This document shows positions 47,402-61,479 of a DNA stretch of 64,000 nt, piece by piece. Numbering within the stretch: position 1 is the first letter of the stretch; each line of letters starts with the position of its first letter. Source of the DNA: Lama guanicoe (Eukaryota); assembly GCA_013239625.1 (NCBI GenBank), contig MU053588.1:2304508-2368507 (forward strand). The letters are read 5' to 3'. The notes under the pieces were generated by a model. The model saw only the letters and a list, made by a program, of their open reading frames with translations. It was not told the origin of the DNA and made no database searches. The position numbers and the translations under genes are program-made.

Positions 47402-49960
47402 CACGTGCAAGGTGTGTGATGTTAGGCCCATGACTTTGCCTCTGGTCTAAGCCTCAGGTGCCTCCTCTGTGCGATGGGAAGGACCCTGATGCTAAGCCAC
47501 TCGGTGACAGCAGGACTGTGGGAGCCTCATCCACAGTCAAAGCCATGGATGCTGGAGCCTGGCTGCTTGGGGTCAAGCCCAGCTCTGTGACTTATACCAA
47601 CTGGGTGACTTAAAACGACTCCTCTTTTTTGGCTTCAGTTTCTTCTTCAGTAAAATGGGCAGAATAACAGTAGTGATTTCATCTGGACATTGTAAAGATT
47701 ACAAGACAGACTGCATTAAGTAGTTTCAGAATCGCTGACCCAACAAATCTAACTAAGAGATAATGCCTGTTTATAGGTTTAAAATTTTTAATTGTCTCCA
47801 GCCGCAGGGTACATCATCACTATACTGTGTTCAGAAGTTGGGTTATTATTTTCCCACCTCTGGCAGATTGTTATTGATGTGAAACAGTTTGTTTCATTTG
47901 TTTCTGTTTGTCTTCCATTTTGGTATTCCCTCCTATCCATATACTTTTAAAAAGTGGTTTAGGGGGTGATACATGAAACATTAACACAAATGCCAAAAGT
48001 TAGAACTGTCTGCAGTTCACCTGATGGTAACAGATTGATTGCCTGAGTCCTGATGCCACTGAATGCTCTGTCCCCAGCAGCAAATGACAGCTCTTGCTTC
48101 CACCTGTACTCACCACCACTTGGTATTGTCAGACTGTTTAGATTTTTCTGATGGAAAGGAAGCATATCTCACTGTGGTGTCTGCATTTGGATTTGGGTGG
48201 GTAACTGGTGACCCTGGGTGTCCTTGGCTCCTTTTTTGGCATTTAGATGTCAGAGGGAGGATCTGGGGCCTCCTGCCCAAGACAAGTACAGGGTCGGCTC
48301 TTCCCTTCATAGACTGGGTTTAGCCCCACCAAGCCCTGGAGACCAAGAGGTTTCCCCATTGTTTAAGGGAGAGACTGAGGCCCAGGGTGGACTAGAGCCT
48401 GGCTCGGGGTCACACAGCAATGGGCAGGCCCCAGCACAGGACTCCTGGGCTCTTTCCCCAGCAGAGGGAGCTCGTGACTCAGTGGGCCAAGGCCCCCGGA
48501 TGGAGCCCAGCTGGGGCCTCTCGAGCTGCCACTTGGGAGGGGGTCCTCCCCAGGTCCCACTGTCTTTTGTGGCCCGCCTGAGATCCCAGACACTGGGCGT
48601 AGGCAGGAGGGAGAGGTCAGTCCAGACGGGCGCGTTTCCTGGCTGCCCCATCTTTCAGGCCACAGGGGCCAGGCTGGGCTGCCGGAGGTGCGGGCCCTGG
48701 GTCGGAGGGAGTGTGGATGTGTGAGGGATTTGTCCCCCTCTGCGTCACCCTGGGCCCGTCTCCCAATCCTGCTCCCCCAGTTCCTCTGGGTCTCTGTTTC
48801 TCTTAGTTTTTTCTCTCCCATCTCTGTCTCTCTCTCTTTGCCCTTCTATCTCCATCTCTGGGCCTCTTTCTCTTCCTCTGACTCTCTCACTCTCTTCTCT
48901 TTGTCTCTTTCTGTTTCACTTCCCCATCCCTGCCTCTCTCCCTTGATCTCGCCTTATGCCTGTGTCCTCCTCTTGTCCTTCCCCTTGTCCCCTGCCCCTG
49001 CAGCAGCCTGCCTGGAACCCCACCTCCTGGGTCTAGGCCACGTGACCCAGAGTCCTCCCTCGGGTCTGCTGTCCAACTGTCCTTCCTGGCGGAGGGGCCA
49101 GATGGTGGAGTCCCAAGCTCCTGCTTTCCCAGTCCTCGGGGGCCTGACCAGCTGGTCTGGCTCAGCCACCAGCTCCTGCTCCAGGAGGAAAGTGGGAAGC
49201 TGGTCTCCTGCCATCCGAGGGGACCAGCTAGGGGAAAATGCACTGGAGGCTCTGCAGCTGCTGGGCTGAGTCCCTGGGGACGCCTTACTACCCACAACCT
49301 AAGTGAGGCTCTTTCTCTGGCCAAGGAAACACCCTCTCCCCCACTTCTCATTATTTGTCCCACATTTTCTTCATCTGGCTCAGCATGGCCCAGGGACAGG
49401 AGCTACACAGTCCAGGGTTAGAATGCCCCTTCTATTACCATGTGACTGAGGGCAGGTGACCCCATCTTTCTGAGCCTCATTACCCCTGATCACAGAGCAG
49501 CAGTGTGATTGAGGGCCACTAGGGTTTTGTGGTCACATGATCCTGGGTACAAATTCTGGTGCTGGCAGTTTTTACTTTAGACCAGAGACTGATCCTCTCG
49601 GAGCCTCAATTTCCACAACTGGAATATGGGAAGGCAGCAGGTGGACCCAAGTAGGAATCAGGTTGATGTGGGAGTCGGGGCTTGCCAGTCACCATGTGGC
49701 AAAATGCCTGAGGCTTTTTTGGAAGTAGGTGCCTCTGTTCTTTGTTTTGGTTTTCACCTTTAATACCTTTTTTTTAAAAAAAAATGAGACATAATTCTAT
49801 GCTTTAAAATGCATAATTTTAAAGTGAACAATTCAGTGGTTTTTAGTATATTTGCAAAGTTGAGCAACTCTCCTCACTATTTAATTCCAGAAAGAAACCC
49901 TGTACCCATCAGCTCCCTCTACTAATTTACTTCCTTTACTCTATGGATTTGCCTATTTTG

Positions 49961-50091
49961 TTTCTTTTAGGGGGAGGGGTGGGGAGGTAGTTAGGTTTAT
50001 TCATTTATTTATTTAATGGAGGTCCTGGGGATTGAACCCAGGACCTCATGCATGCTAAGCACGCACCCTACCACTGAGCTATACCCTCTCC
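49961..50091 (-). mobile_element. tRNA-derived SINE (vic-1-like)
   Basis: Reverse copy; TSD GATTTGCCTRTTTTG at 49946-49960 and 50094-50108. Confidence 0.88.
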
Positions 50092-52869
50092 TAGATTTGC
50101 CTGTTTTGGACATTTCATATAAATGGAATCATACCATATAGGGTCCTTTGTGTCTGGTTTCCTTCACTTAACAGTGCTTACAAGAGTCATCCATGTTTTA
50201 TGTAGGCTGTGTGAGTACTTCATGGTTCCTTTGGTTTTAATGTTTAAAGCCAGTTTACTTTTTTTAATGTTCATCTTTAATACTAAGAGAAGTAGAATAG
50301 CATGGTGACCAGTCCAGCAAACAAAGTGAACACACACTGACGGAGACTTACTCTGTGCCAGGCGTGGAGTCAGGTGCTGGCTCCACTTGCGAACAATACA
50401 AATGTCCCCGTCTTCCCTGACCTCATATGATGTTGTGAGGATTAAATCAATTCTTGTCAAGTGCTTAGAGCAAACAGCAGGATGTGTTACTCATCAGTGC
50501 TGTTATGGTCAGAAGTTCAAACAGAAGGGTATGATGTGAACAGTAAAGTCTTCCTTCCCCCTCCAAGTGGACAGTTCCACTCCCCAGGGGTGTAACTGCT
50601 CTCAACTGTGTATTCTCTACCCTTCTAGAAATATTCTGTGCATACCCACACACAGACACACGACATATAGACCAGACTGAAGCTTGACTTTTCACTTGAC
50701 AAAACACCCCAGGCATCCTTCCTAGTCACAAAGTCTAGGATATGTCCTGTCCTTTGAAACGGTTGCATGGTATTCCAGAGGGTGCTTTGACATTGTCTTT
50801 CACCAGTCTTCTGTTGAGAAACCTTTGGGCTGTTCCCAATCTGCTAGTATAAATAATACCACAGCAGACATCCCTGTCCATATGTGTTTATGCCCATGTG
50901 CAAATATTTCTGCAGAAAGTAATCCTCGAAGTAAAATATTGGGGCCAAAAGGTGTACGCATGAAACTTTTTTGACCGAGATTGCCAAGTATCCCCCTGAA
51001 AAGGCAGTGGACACACCTGCCACATGACAGCCAGCCATCCGCCCGCAAGGTCACCATTATTAGGCATTAGAAACCTTTTTCATCTCTGCTAATTTGCGAA
51101 GGGAGAGGTACTGTTTTGCAGTTCTTTTAATTTACATTTGCATTTTCTTGAACATTGAAGGAGGCTGAACATCTTTTGATGTGTTTAATCACCTTTGTAC
51201 TTCTGTATCCTTGGCATGTGTTTGCAGGAAAGGATACACATTAAATGAGTGTTCAAAGTACGTAGCATTTTTGTAGAAGTAGAAAAATGTCAGTCCCTGG
51301 AATTATTTCATCTCAGGTCACACGGCCACTTACTGAAGAGGTTTTCATTTCATGGGGAACTGGAACTTATAACTTTAACATTTCAGACTACAGACTATAT
51401 TGAAAGTTTCCTGAATTCTGGTGCATTTTTATTTTTCTATACATCACTACAATGATTTTCTTAGTGAAGAAGTTTTGGGGATGACTATTTCCTTTTTCTT
51501 TGATTTCTGCCACTTATAATTGTGCCTTTAAAATTTTTTCATCGTACATGGTTTTGACTTGTTACAAGGTTTGATTTTTACCCACGTTTATGACTCCTAC
51601 ACATTGTGAACTGTGTCAGCTGGGACTCTTTGGGGTGCAGTTCATAGGATTTAGTCTAAAAGGGGACATTGTTGGCTCATGGAGCTGAAAGATCCAGAGG
51701 ATAAGAGCTTTGGGCATGGCTGGATCAGTTACTCAGATTCTGCCCTCAGGAATCTCTGTCTTTGTTTCTGCACCCTGCTTTCGTCAGTGTTGGCCTCATT
51801 GTTGGGAAGCCTGTTCCCTCTTGGTGGCAAAATTGTCCTTAGCGTCCCAGGCCTATATTCTACCAGCTTTAGGAACCTGATGAGAAGAAGACCACCTCTT
51901 TTGAGCTCACACGCTTTTCCAGCAAAAGTGGGAAGAGTTTTCATTGGCTGATCTTAGGTCACATGCCATCTCGTACCCAATCCTTGTGGCCAGGGTGATT
52001 CAGTGTTCTCATTGGCCAGGCCTGAGTCACATGGCCATTCTTGCTCTCTTGGGTTTCACCAGCCCTCAGGAATCTGGAAGAGTTTTCATTGGCCCAGCTT
52101 AGGTAACATGACCATCCCTGATCCAATCCCTGTGGCAAGAGTTATTTCAGTGTTCTGATTGGCCAGATTTAGATCATGGGGCCACCTTTGGACCCCCCCC
52201 CCCAGGTTTTATTAGTCCCTCAAGAAGCTCAGGACCTGAGTGTGGGGTTTCAGGTGCTGGGAAGAAAGCTGCTGATGTTGGGCAGGCAAAACCAACAGCT
52301 CTGCGCTATAGAACCTTGCAACAGAAGTCTTGACTTGGTTCTTAAGTTTTGAGCTTTGGTTTGCAGTTTTTTGTGGTAATCTGTTACCATTTAATTTCAT
52401 TATTGTTATTTTGTTTTCTTTTCTAGCTTTCTTTGTTTATAATCACACAAGTAATACATAAATGTGTTCTTTTGGTAAAAGATGATACTAACCTAGAAAT
52501 CTTCAGTAAAACATAAAGGCTTCCTTCAACATGCCTTCGATTCCACACCCCAAAGGGAACCTCAATCATTATTTGGCGTGCATCCTTCTAGACCCCTATC
52601 TATGCAGTAACAGATGTACCTATATGGATTATCAATGGGTTTGTGTTCTTTGTTTTTCATGTTTACTTTAAATTTTTGAACAAATAAATATTACGGTTAG
52701 GACGTCAAAAACTATATAAAAATCCCATGTGAAAAATCTCTCCTTCATCCCTGTCCCCATTCACTAAATTCCCATTGCCCCAATAGGTACCATGTGTGAT
52801 TAATTTCTTGTTTATTCCAGAGAAGTTTTATGCATATGCAATCCACTACGTATATATTCATGAATATGT

Positions 52870-53047
52870 TCTTTTTTTGAGGTAATTAGGTTTACTTATC
52901 TATTTATTTATTGTTTCTTTTGTTTTATGAGGGGGAGGGAATTGGATTTATTTATTCATTTACATTTGGAGGAGGTACTGGGGATTGAACCCAGGACCTC
53001 GTGCATGCTAAGCATTTCCTCTGCTGCTTGAGCTATACCCTCCCCCC
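52870..53047 (-). mobile_element. tRNA-derived SINE (vic-1-like)
   Basis: ggaggtactggggattgaacccaggacc...cttgagctataccctcccccc. Confidence 0.85.
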
Positions 53048-54733
53048 ATAAGTACATTCTAAATTGGGTTTTTTCCCCTTCTTATCAGTAAGTCTTGAGT
53101 ATTATTCCATACTGACATGGATTTGTTTAACCATTTCACCCTGGATGGGCATCAAGGTTGTGTCCATTTTTTTCCCATTATAAAGTCTGCTACGAGATCC
53201 TTGGACAAACATCTTTGTGCACATGTGCCAGTGTTTCTTTAAATACATTCCTAGAAGTGGAAATGCAAATGCTGGGTCAAAGCATTTTGACACATTTTGC
53301 ATTTTGATAGGACCTGCCAAACTGTCTTCCAGAAAGGCTCTACTAATTTACACCACCACTGACAGTGGTTGAGTGTGCCCATCTCCCTGTGTCTTTGCCA
53401 ATACTAGATATTATCCATCTTTTACATTTTTGCCAATCTGATGAATAGAAAAGGATATTTTGTTTTGATCTGTATTATCCTGCTGATTAGTGAGACTGGG
53501 TATCTTTTCACGTGCTTATTTTTTCTTATGTTGCCTGTTCACATCAGAGGCCCATTTCTCTTTTGGGCAACCTCTCTTTGCTGATGTCATTCATCTGTGC
53601 ATTGAATGAATCGCAGTTGAAGGCCTGTTACATGCCAGACACTGTTCTAGGCACTCGGGAATACAGAGGTGGATTGACCTAGCCTCTGCCCTCATGAAGC
53701 TCCAATTCTAGGAGCAGGAGGTCAATCCAAAAAAAAAAAAAAAAAAGGCCACCTCACAAGTAAAGACAGAGTTATCCGATGGTGGTTAAGTCTCATAGAG
53801 ACAAAGGAAGCAGGATAAAAGGGAATTCTTTTACTGTTGAAGAAACTAGTTCCTTGCCCTAACACATATTAAATAGTTTTCCAGTTTGTCATTTGCCTTT
53901 AACTAAAGCTAGAAATTTTGGTTGATGCCGAAGTATTTTATGTGGCCAAATTTATAAATCTTTCCCTTTATGGTTTATATGCTTGGAAAGATTTTCTCCA
54001 TCCCAAGAGTATTAAATCATTTGCCCAGGTTTTCTTTGTATGCCTTATGGATTTACTTATTCCGCTCAAGTCTTTAATCCATCTGGAATTGTTTTCAGCA
54101 TAAAGAGCAAGGAAGGGATCCAGCTAAATTGGTCAGCCACTTGGCTGGTGACCATTCATTGAATAATCCATCTTTTCCTTGGAGATTGGAAATGGCATCT
54201 ATAACTATATGAATTCTCCTGTGTATTCAGGTCTGCTTTTGCGCTTTCTGTCTATCCCTATGGCACATCACCCATTTAAATCACTGTACTTTGTATTTAT
54301 TTTTGGTATTTGGGAAGGTTGACTCTCCAGACAAATTACCTAACTTTTCTGGGCCTCAGTTTCCTCCTCTGTAAAACAGAGATACCACCAACCTTGAAGG
54401 GTTTTTCTGAGATTAATGAACTAATGGACCGTTTTAGTCCAAGGGGGTCAGGTAAGCCCCTTTGAAAAGGTAATATTTGAGCTGAAATCTGATTGACAGG
54501 GAAGAGCATGCCTGTCAGAGGGAACAGCAATGGCAGAGTCCCTGAGGCAGGAACTAGCTCAGTGGGTTGTAGGAACAGAGAGGAGGGCAGCGCTTTTGGA
54601 GGGAACTGAACAAGGGGAGAGTGGAACAGTGGGCCTCGACCAGGGTTTTGGCTGTCACCATAAAGGTACTGGAGAGCCACAGCAGGATGGGGAGGGAGGG
54701 TGGGGCCTGCTAACCCGGCCCCTGTTCCCACAG

Positions 54734-54958
54734 TCTATGGAGTCGCAGGTGGAGGAGTGGTACCGCGAGGTGGGAGAGTTGCAGGCGCAGACAGCCGCTC
54801 TGCCGCTGGAGCCGGCGAGCAAGGAGCTGGTGGGCGAGCGGCAGAACGCGGTGGGCGAGCGCCTGGTGCGTCTGCTCGAGCCGCTGCAGGAGCGCCGCCG
54901 CCTGCTGCTAGCCTCCAAGGAGCTGCACCAGGTGGCGCACGACCTCGACGACGAGCTG
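54734..54958 (+). CDS. SPTBN4: BetaIV-spectrin exon 21
   Basis: SMESQVEEWYREVGELQ...HQVAHDLDDEL; ag/gt boundaries. Confidence 0.96.
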
Positions 54959-55932
54959 GTGAGGATCCGCGCGGGGGATTTGGGGCGGGGCCTGGGTAAG
55001 AGGAGAGGTGAGCGAGGAGGGGGCGGGGCGTGAGGCCAGAGGCGGGCCAGCGGGCAGAGGGGGTGGAGACTGGGATGGGGTCGGGGCCGTGGGACCTCGG
55101 TGGGTTCAAGTGTGGAAATGGCTGAGAAACCCACCCACTGATACACTGATAGACTCAGTTATTCAAGCCTTAATTTTTTCATGTAGTCATTCACTTATGC
55201 ATTCGTTCGCTCTTTTACGTTTAATTTACTTTCAATCACTCATTGCTTTATTCATGAAGTCATTGATTTATTCATCAATTCATCCTTTATTCCCTCCTTC
55301 ACTCATTTATTTATTATTCACTTACTCACTTGTCACTCATCCAGTCACTTCCTCAGTCACTCACCTCCTGGTTTGCTCATTCGTTCCTTCAAGAATTTGC
55401 TCATTCTGTGCGCCTCTCTGTGCTTACGTGATGCTAGGGTCACAGGGGTGACTAAGGCAGACCCCGTTCCTGCCTATAGAGGACTCAAAGTCCAAAGGGG
55501 AAAACAGACTTGTCCTCAGTCAGTGAGAAGAACCCAGGGTGATTAGGGCTGTGATGGGAGAAGCTGGGAGGCCATGGGAGCCCAGAGGAAGCAACTGGCC
55601 AAGATCTGAAGTCAGAGAGGGTTTCCTGGAGGAGGGGATGTCTGAGCTGAGACGTGGAGGAAGAGTACAAATGAGCCTGCTGAGGGAGTGGGAAGGGAAT
55701 TCAGGAAGCAAGACCTGCCCAGACAAAGGCCAGAGGTAAGCATGAGCCTGGTTCCAGTGCAGAGAGCAAGACAGAAAACGTCCAGAGAGGAGGCTGAAAA
55801 CATGAGCAGGCTCTTAGGTGAGGAGGGGCCTTTTATGCTGTAGAGGTGGCTTACAGTTTAGTTGGGGGATGCAGGGGTCTTGGCCCTGCTCCCTGTGTCC
55901 TTCCCTTGACCTGCTCCCTGATTCCTCTCCAG

Positions 55933-56022
55933 GCATGGGTCCAGGAGCGGCTGCCACTGGCCATGCAGACAGAACGAGGCAGTGGTTTGCAAGCTGTCCA
56001 GCAGCACATCAAAAAGAACCAG
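55933..56022 (+). CDS. SPTBN4: BetaIV-spectrin exon 22
   Basis: AWVQERLPLAMQTERGSGLQAVQQHIKKNQ; ag/gt boundaries. Confidence 0.96.
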
Positions 56023-58145
56023 GTGAGCAGAGCCAGGGCCGGAGAGTGGGTTAGGACACATCTGGATACAAATGATAGAAAAACAGCTCTATCATTGGTT
56101 AAAGCCAAAAAAGTGAATTTATTGGCTCTTGTGATTGAGAAGACTGGACAGCAGATACAGATCCATCCAGATGCTTCCAAGATGTCCTGAATTTCTCATT
56201 TCCAAATTTTTTTTCCTGTTACCTTTGTTCTCAGGCCAACTCCTCTCTCCTGCTGGTAAAAGAGCTCTGACAGGTTCAAGTTTACATCCCACTCATAAAA
56301 CTGAGGAGATTTTTTCTCTGTCAGTAATTTCAGCAGTAGTCCCAGGAGTAACTCTTTTAGGCTCAGTTTGAGTCACGTGTCCACCCTGAACTCATCCTGG
56401 TGGCCAGGGATTTAGACAGCTCTGAAGTGCCTGATCTGGGCTAAGGGCCCACCTTGGAACCAGCAGGTGGGGTCAGCCTTCACTTAATTATCTGGGCTGA
56501 GATGGAGGCAAGGGTGTTCCCCAAAAGAAAGTCAGGACCTCATGACTAGAAGTAAGGAGAATGTCTGTTGGCCATGAAAAAGAAAATGACAAAAACAAAA
56601 CAAAAACAAAAACAAAAAACCAAGCTCTCCAGACACCCGTGGGGAGAGAGGACAGAGACAGTGAGAGTGCTGACTCAGGCTGAGCACAGTGGGGAGCTTT
56701 TCAGCCCCTAATATCTCTGGACCTCTATCCACCTCTCTGAGCCTTAGTTGCCACATCTTAATGAGTAGATTCTTGATCTTGAGCAGTGATTCTCCAATCA
56801 CTCAGTGGAGGAAACTTGATCAAACCAACTCTTTCACCAAAGCCCAAAGTAACATATATAAAAGAGGAACAATAATAATATTAGTAATACATTGGTTAAA
56901 GACTTATTATGTGCCAAGTACTGTCCTAGGGGGGTTATGCCACTTATTTAATTTAATTTCCACAGTAACCCTACCAGATAGGTATTGTCATTCACCTCTC
57001 TTACCAAAAAAATATAAGTTGGAAGAATGGAGCACTGAAGGATGATGGGCAGGTGGACACACAAATTATTTTGAAAAGTTCGTGATCATGCTGCACTAGA
57101 TGGAGTTCTTTAAGAGGCGGGGCGTTTTCTTAAATTTTGTTTTTCTGTCTTGATGAAAATACTCCTGGCTGTCAGCCGTGTTGGGAAAAACAGGACTGGC
57201 CCATCAATTTCACGGTTGAGGAAATTGATCAAATTCACTTAATGCTTAAAATTGGGGCAGCTCAGCTGCATGTGTGAGAGAGTGTTCTGGATACACGGGG
57301 GCTGTTTAACGAATAATAGCTGCTAAGATTGACTGATGACCTAGTGCGTGCTGGGCACAGTTCTCAGCGCTCTACGGTGCAGCAACGCAGCAAGGTAGAT
57401 ATTAGCAGGCTGCCACTAGCCATGTGCCTTTGGCAAGTTCCTCAGCTGCTCTGTGCCTCAGTCTCCCCATCTGTAAAATGAGAATGATAATGATGTCTAG
57501 CTCCTGGGGTTGGAGTGAGGATCAGATGAGTGACTATATTTGGCAAAGCCCTTACTTAGCGAAGTGCCTGGCAGGCACTCAGTGTTGGCTATTGTATTAT
57601 CTCCATGTACCAGTTGGGGAAATGGAGGCATGGGAGAGGTTAACTCAGGTACTCAGCAAGTACAGAGCTCGTTGAGAGAACCTTCTGGGGTGATGGAACT
57701 TGTTCCGTATCTTGATCTAGGTACACGGATATATAACGTGTAAACATACGTGTCGAGCGGTACACCTAAGAACTGTGCACTTCACTGTATGTAAACTACA
57801 CCCCACTTGCTCCTAAGCTGCCTGATTCTCAGGCCCCGTGTTTCAACCATGAGCGGGTATCTTGTATTAGCAGGCATCTTGTTTGAGAGCAGTCTCTGGA
57901 TCCGGCCTCCTGTGTGCAAATCCTGTCACCCCTTATAGCTACTTGCTCTTGGGCAACGTACTTCACCTCTCCGTGCATGTTTTCCCAACGGCAACATAGG
58001 AGAATGACTGAGCGAGGAACTGCAAAATGCTTACGTGGTACCCGGCACGTGGTGGGCGATCTGCGACTGTTTGTATTCTCTCCTGGGCGGTACCAGTCGC
58101 GGGGGCGCGCGACGTCTGAACTCCCCTCTCGGCTCCCACCCCCAG

Positions 58146-58424
58146 GGCCTGCGGCGGGAGATCCAGGCGCACGGGCCGCGGCTGGAGGAGGTGCTGGAGC
58201 GTGCGGGCGCGCTGGCGTCGCTGCGCAGCCCCGAGGCGGAGGCCGTGCGCCGTGGCCAGGAGCAGCTGCAGAGCGCCTGGGCCGGGCTGCGGGAGGCGGC
58301 CGAGCGGCGGCAGCAGGTGCTGGACGCCGCCTTCCAGGTGGAGCAGTACTACTTCGACGTGGCCGAGGTGGAGGCGTGGCTGGGCGAGCAGGAGCTGCTC
58401 ATGATGAGTGAGGACAAGGGCAAG
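58146..58424 (+). CDS. SPTBN4: BetaIV-spectrin exon 23
   Basis: GLRREIQAHGPRLEEV...QYYFDVAEVEAWLGEQELLMMSEDKGK; ag/gt boundaries. Confidence 0.96.
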
Positions 58425-58515
58425 GTGCGCCCAGGCTGGGGGTGCGGGGGGCCTGGGGGCGCTGGAGCCCGGGGCCCGCCGCTGCCGCCTTATCGCGGGC
58501 GCCGTGTGCCCCCAG

Positions 58516-58646
58516 GACGAACAGAGCACCCTGCAGCTGCTCAAGAAGCACCTGCAGCTGGAGCAGGGCGTGGAGAACTATGAGGAAAGCATCGCGCAGC
58601 TGTCGCGCCAGTGCCGGGCGCTACTGGAGATGGGGCACCCGGACAG
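58516..58646 (+). CDS. SPTBN4: BetaIV-spectrin exon 24
   Basis: DEQSTLQLLKKHLQLEQGVENY...EMGHPDS; ag/gt boundaries. Confidence 0.96.
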
Positions 58647-59493
58647 GTGGGCGTGCGGGGGGATCCGGGCCAGGCAGGGGCGGGGCCCGTTCTTAGGGAA
58701 TGGTCCAGCAGAATCTGGAGTTTCCCTGTTGGAAATTGGGACAGAGCCGGAATTGGGCACTGGGGTGGGAGGGGCTCAGAATGGAGGAGCCCTGCACAGG
58801 GATGTTTGAGGGAGTCCGGCCAGGAGCACTGAGGTTTAAATGTAGGGGAGGGGGGCGATGTCTAAGACCGAGGTGAGAAGTAAGAGCTCAGGACAGAGAA
58901 GGGTCCTCTTCCTACTGGTATCTGGGAGGACAGAAAAGCCTGGAGCACTGTAATTGGGCATGGCCTCAGACCTCCTGGGTGACAGGTCATGTGACCTCCA
59001 TGAGATTAGGTGTAGGGGCCACATCTGAGATAGATTGGACCAGGGGTGAGGGCTGAGACAGAGGTACAGGGCTAGACCTCTGTCCGCCTGAGCCTGGAGA
59101 TCAGGCCTGGAAGTGAGGTTGGTTGTCTGGGGACCAAGTGGGGGATCTGGAGTGCCACCCAAGTTGCTGGTGGGTCAGATGTGGGACCTCAGACTGGAAG
59201 GCTGGGTAGGGGTAGGTGGTGGTGAGCTTATCAAGCTGAGGGAAACAGTTTTCCCTGAGTGCTGAGGTTGGGCATGGCCTGAGACCTCCTGGGTGACAGG
59301 TCATGTGACCTCCCTGCATCCCAAACTTGAGGAAAACAGTCCTGCATGCAGGAATCTGAGGGGACTCAACCCTGCCTGAAGGTTCAGAGGAGGCACAGCC
59401 CTGCCCTTGGGGGAAGGGGTGACAGGGGGGGTCAGAGCTCTGTTCTGGAAATCTCAGGGGGCTCCATCTCTGCTCCTCCCTGTCCCCTACTAG

Positions 59494-59698
59494 CGAGCAG
59501 ATCAGCCGGCGGCAGTCTCAGGTGGACCGCCTGTACGTGGCCCTCAAGGAGCTGGGCGAGGAACGCCGGGTGGGCCTGGAACAGCAGTACTGGCTGTACC
59601 AGCTCAGCCGCCAGGTGGACGAGCTGGAGCACTGGATTGCAGAGAAAGAGGTGGTAGCCGGCTCACCTGAGCTCGGCCAGGACTTTGAGCATGTCACG
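59494..59698 (+). CDS. SPTBN4: BetaIV-spectrin exon 25
   Basis: EQISRRQSQVDRLYVALKELGEERR...ELGQDFEHVT; ag/gt boundaries. Confidence 0.96.
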
Positions 59699-60116
59699 GT
59701 AAGTTGAGCATCACTAGGAATAAACAATGGTTCTAGTGGCCACCACGTATGCTACTAAGTTCTCTGGGCCTCAGTATCCCCATCCTTAATAAGAGGATTA
59801 TAATAGCACTACATCGTGGCTATGCTGTGAGACAAATGAATTAATATAATGTAATATAATGCACTTAGGACAGTATTCAGCATCCACAGGGCCTAACACA
59901 GTGTTAGCTAAGTATTATTTTCTTATTTTCATTATTGTTGTTACTATTATTGCTACAGAGTGAGTACTCGGTAAGTGTTGGGTGTTATTTTTTGTTATCA
60001 TTGTCATCACTGGTACTGTTACTACTCTTACCTGCCACAAGATGCTGGGTTGGAGGGGGCTCTCATGTACAGCACCTTTGCCCACGATGTCCCCATCCCC
60101 AACATACTGCTGGCAG

Positions 60117-60497
60117 GTGCTGCAGGAGAAATTCTCGGAATTTGCCAACGAGACTGGTACGGCAGGGCGGGAGCGGCTGGCGGCCGTGAACCAGATGGTG
60201 GACGAGCTGATTGAGTGCGGCCACACAGCGGCAGCCACCATGGCGGAGTGGAAGGACGGGCTGAATGAGGCCTGGGCCGAGCTGTTGGAGCTCATGGGCA
60301 CACGGGCCCAGCTGCTGGCCGCCTCTCGGGAGTTGCACAAGTTCTTCAGTGATGCCCGAGAGCTTCAAGGACAGATCGAGGAGAAGCGGAGGCGACTGCC
60401 CCGCCTGACTGCCCCGCCTGAGCCCAGACCCAGTGCCAGCTCTATGCAGCGGACCCTGCGCACCTTTGAACATGACCTGCAGCTCCTTGTGTCCCAG
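60117..60497 (+). CDS. SPTBN4: BetaIV-spectrin exon 26 (ankyrin-binding repeats 14-15 region)
   Basis: VLQEKFSEFANETG...ECGHTAAATMAEWKDGLNEAWAELLEL...FEHDLQLLVSQ; ag/gt boundaries. Confidence 0.96.
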
Positions 60498-61479
60498 GTG
60501 GGGAGCTGGCGGCCAAGAGAGGCAGGTGGGAGGGCCTGAGCAGCGTGACCAAAGGACAGAGCAGCAGAGCAAGCAAAAACCAGGCTGTGGACTACGTTGA
60601 AGTTAGATGATGGGACAGATAGAAAACAGACCATGGAACAGGGAGAGATTAGATGATGGGGCAGGTAGAATATGGATTGATCACGTGCACAGAATCAGAC
60701 AATGACAGAAAAAAGGTGGTATGAAATGTTTGATAGAAATCAGACAGTGTTTCCAATGGAGTTTGGGCAGGAGATTCTCCTAAATACTGTGAAGTGAATC
60801 TTGCCCCAATCCGGACTGGGAGTCTAAAAGGAATTGAGAGGGGGTTAAGAGAAATTTGGCTGTGGGACAGACAGAAATCATATGATTTTCCTCAAAGAAA
60901 CTTGATGGGGTTGAATTTAATGAATAGAAATCAGAGCTAATAGAAATCAGGCAGTGAATCTGATGACATTGGGAGGTGGATCTGAGAAACCAGATAGAAA
61001 TACAGCTGTGGACCTAACAGAACTCAAGCAGCAGACCTGAAGGAAATTGGGTTGCAGGTCTAAAGGAAGGTGAAAATTGGACAATTATTTTATATACATC
61101 ATACAGATGACTGTTAGAAATTAGGCAGAGGGACTGATAGCGATTTAGTGGTGGATCTGATATAAATATGGAGTTACTCCAAAAAAATCAGGTGGCTGAC
61201 CCTATAGAGGTGGTAGGTGTGAAAGTCAGAATGCAGGTAAGTTAAAGAAACATCAGACAGCAGACATGAGAGAAATATGGTAGTGGGTCTAAAAGAAGTC
61301 AGAAAGTGAGAAAGTAAAAAAGAAATCAGGCAGCAGATAGGAATGAAACCCAGTGTAGAATCTCAAGGGTGCAGGCTCCTTATGTTTTTAGGCTCTGCAC
61401 CCAGCCAGCAGATGGGGGAAGGAGTGGGTGGAGCCTGGAGCCCATGGAGGGCTGGTGCTCGACCTGGCATGCCCCTCAG

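Noticed and set aside
48688..49269. 193-aa ORF and possible cryptic exon after a CT-rich tract in intron 20
   Set aside because: Mostly a translation of low-complexity sequence; no spectrin similarity and no convincing donor; exons 20 and 21 already join in frame.
51930..52190. Internal tandem duplication of about 145 bp
   Set aside because: It lies within a MaLR-type LTR remnant and is probably intrinsic to the element.
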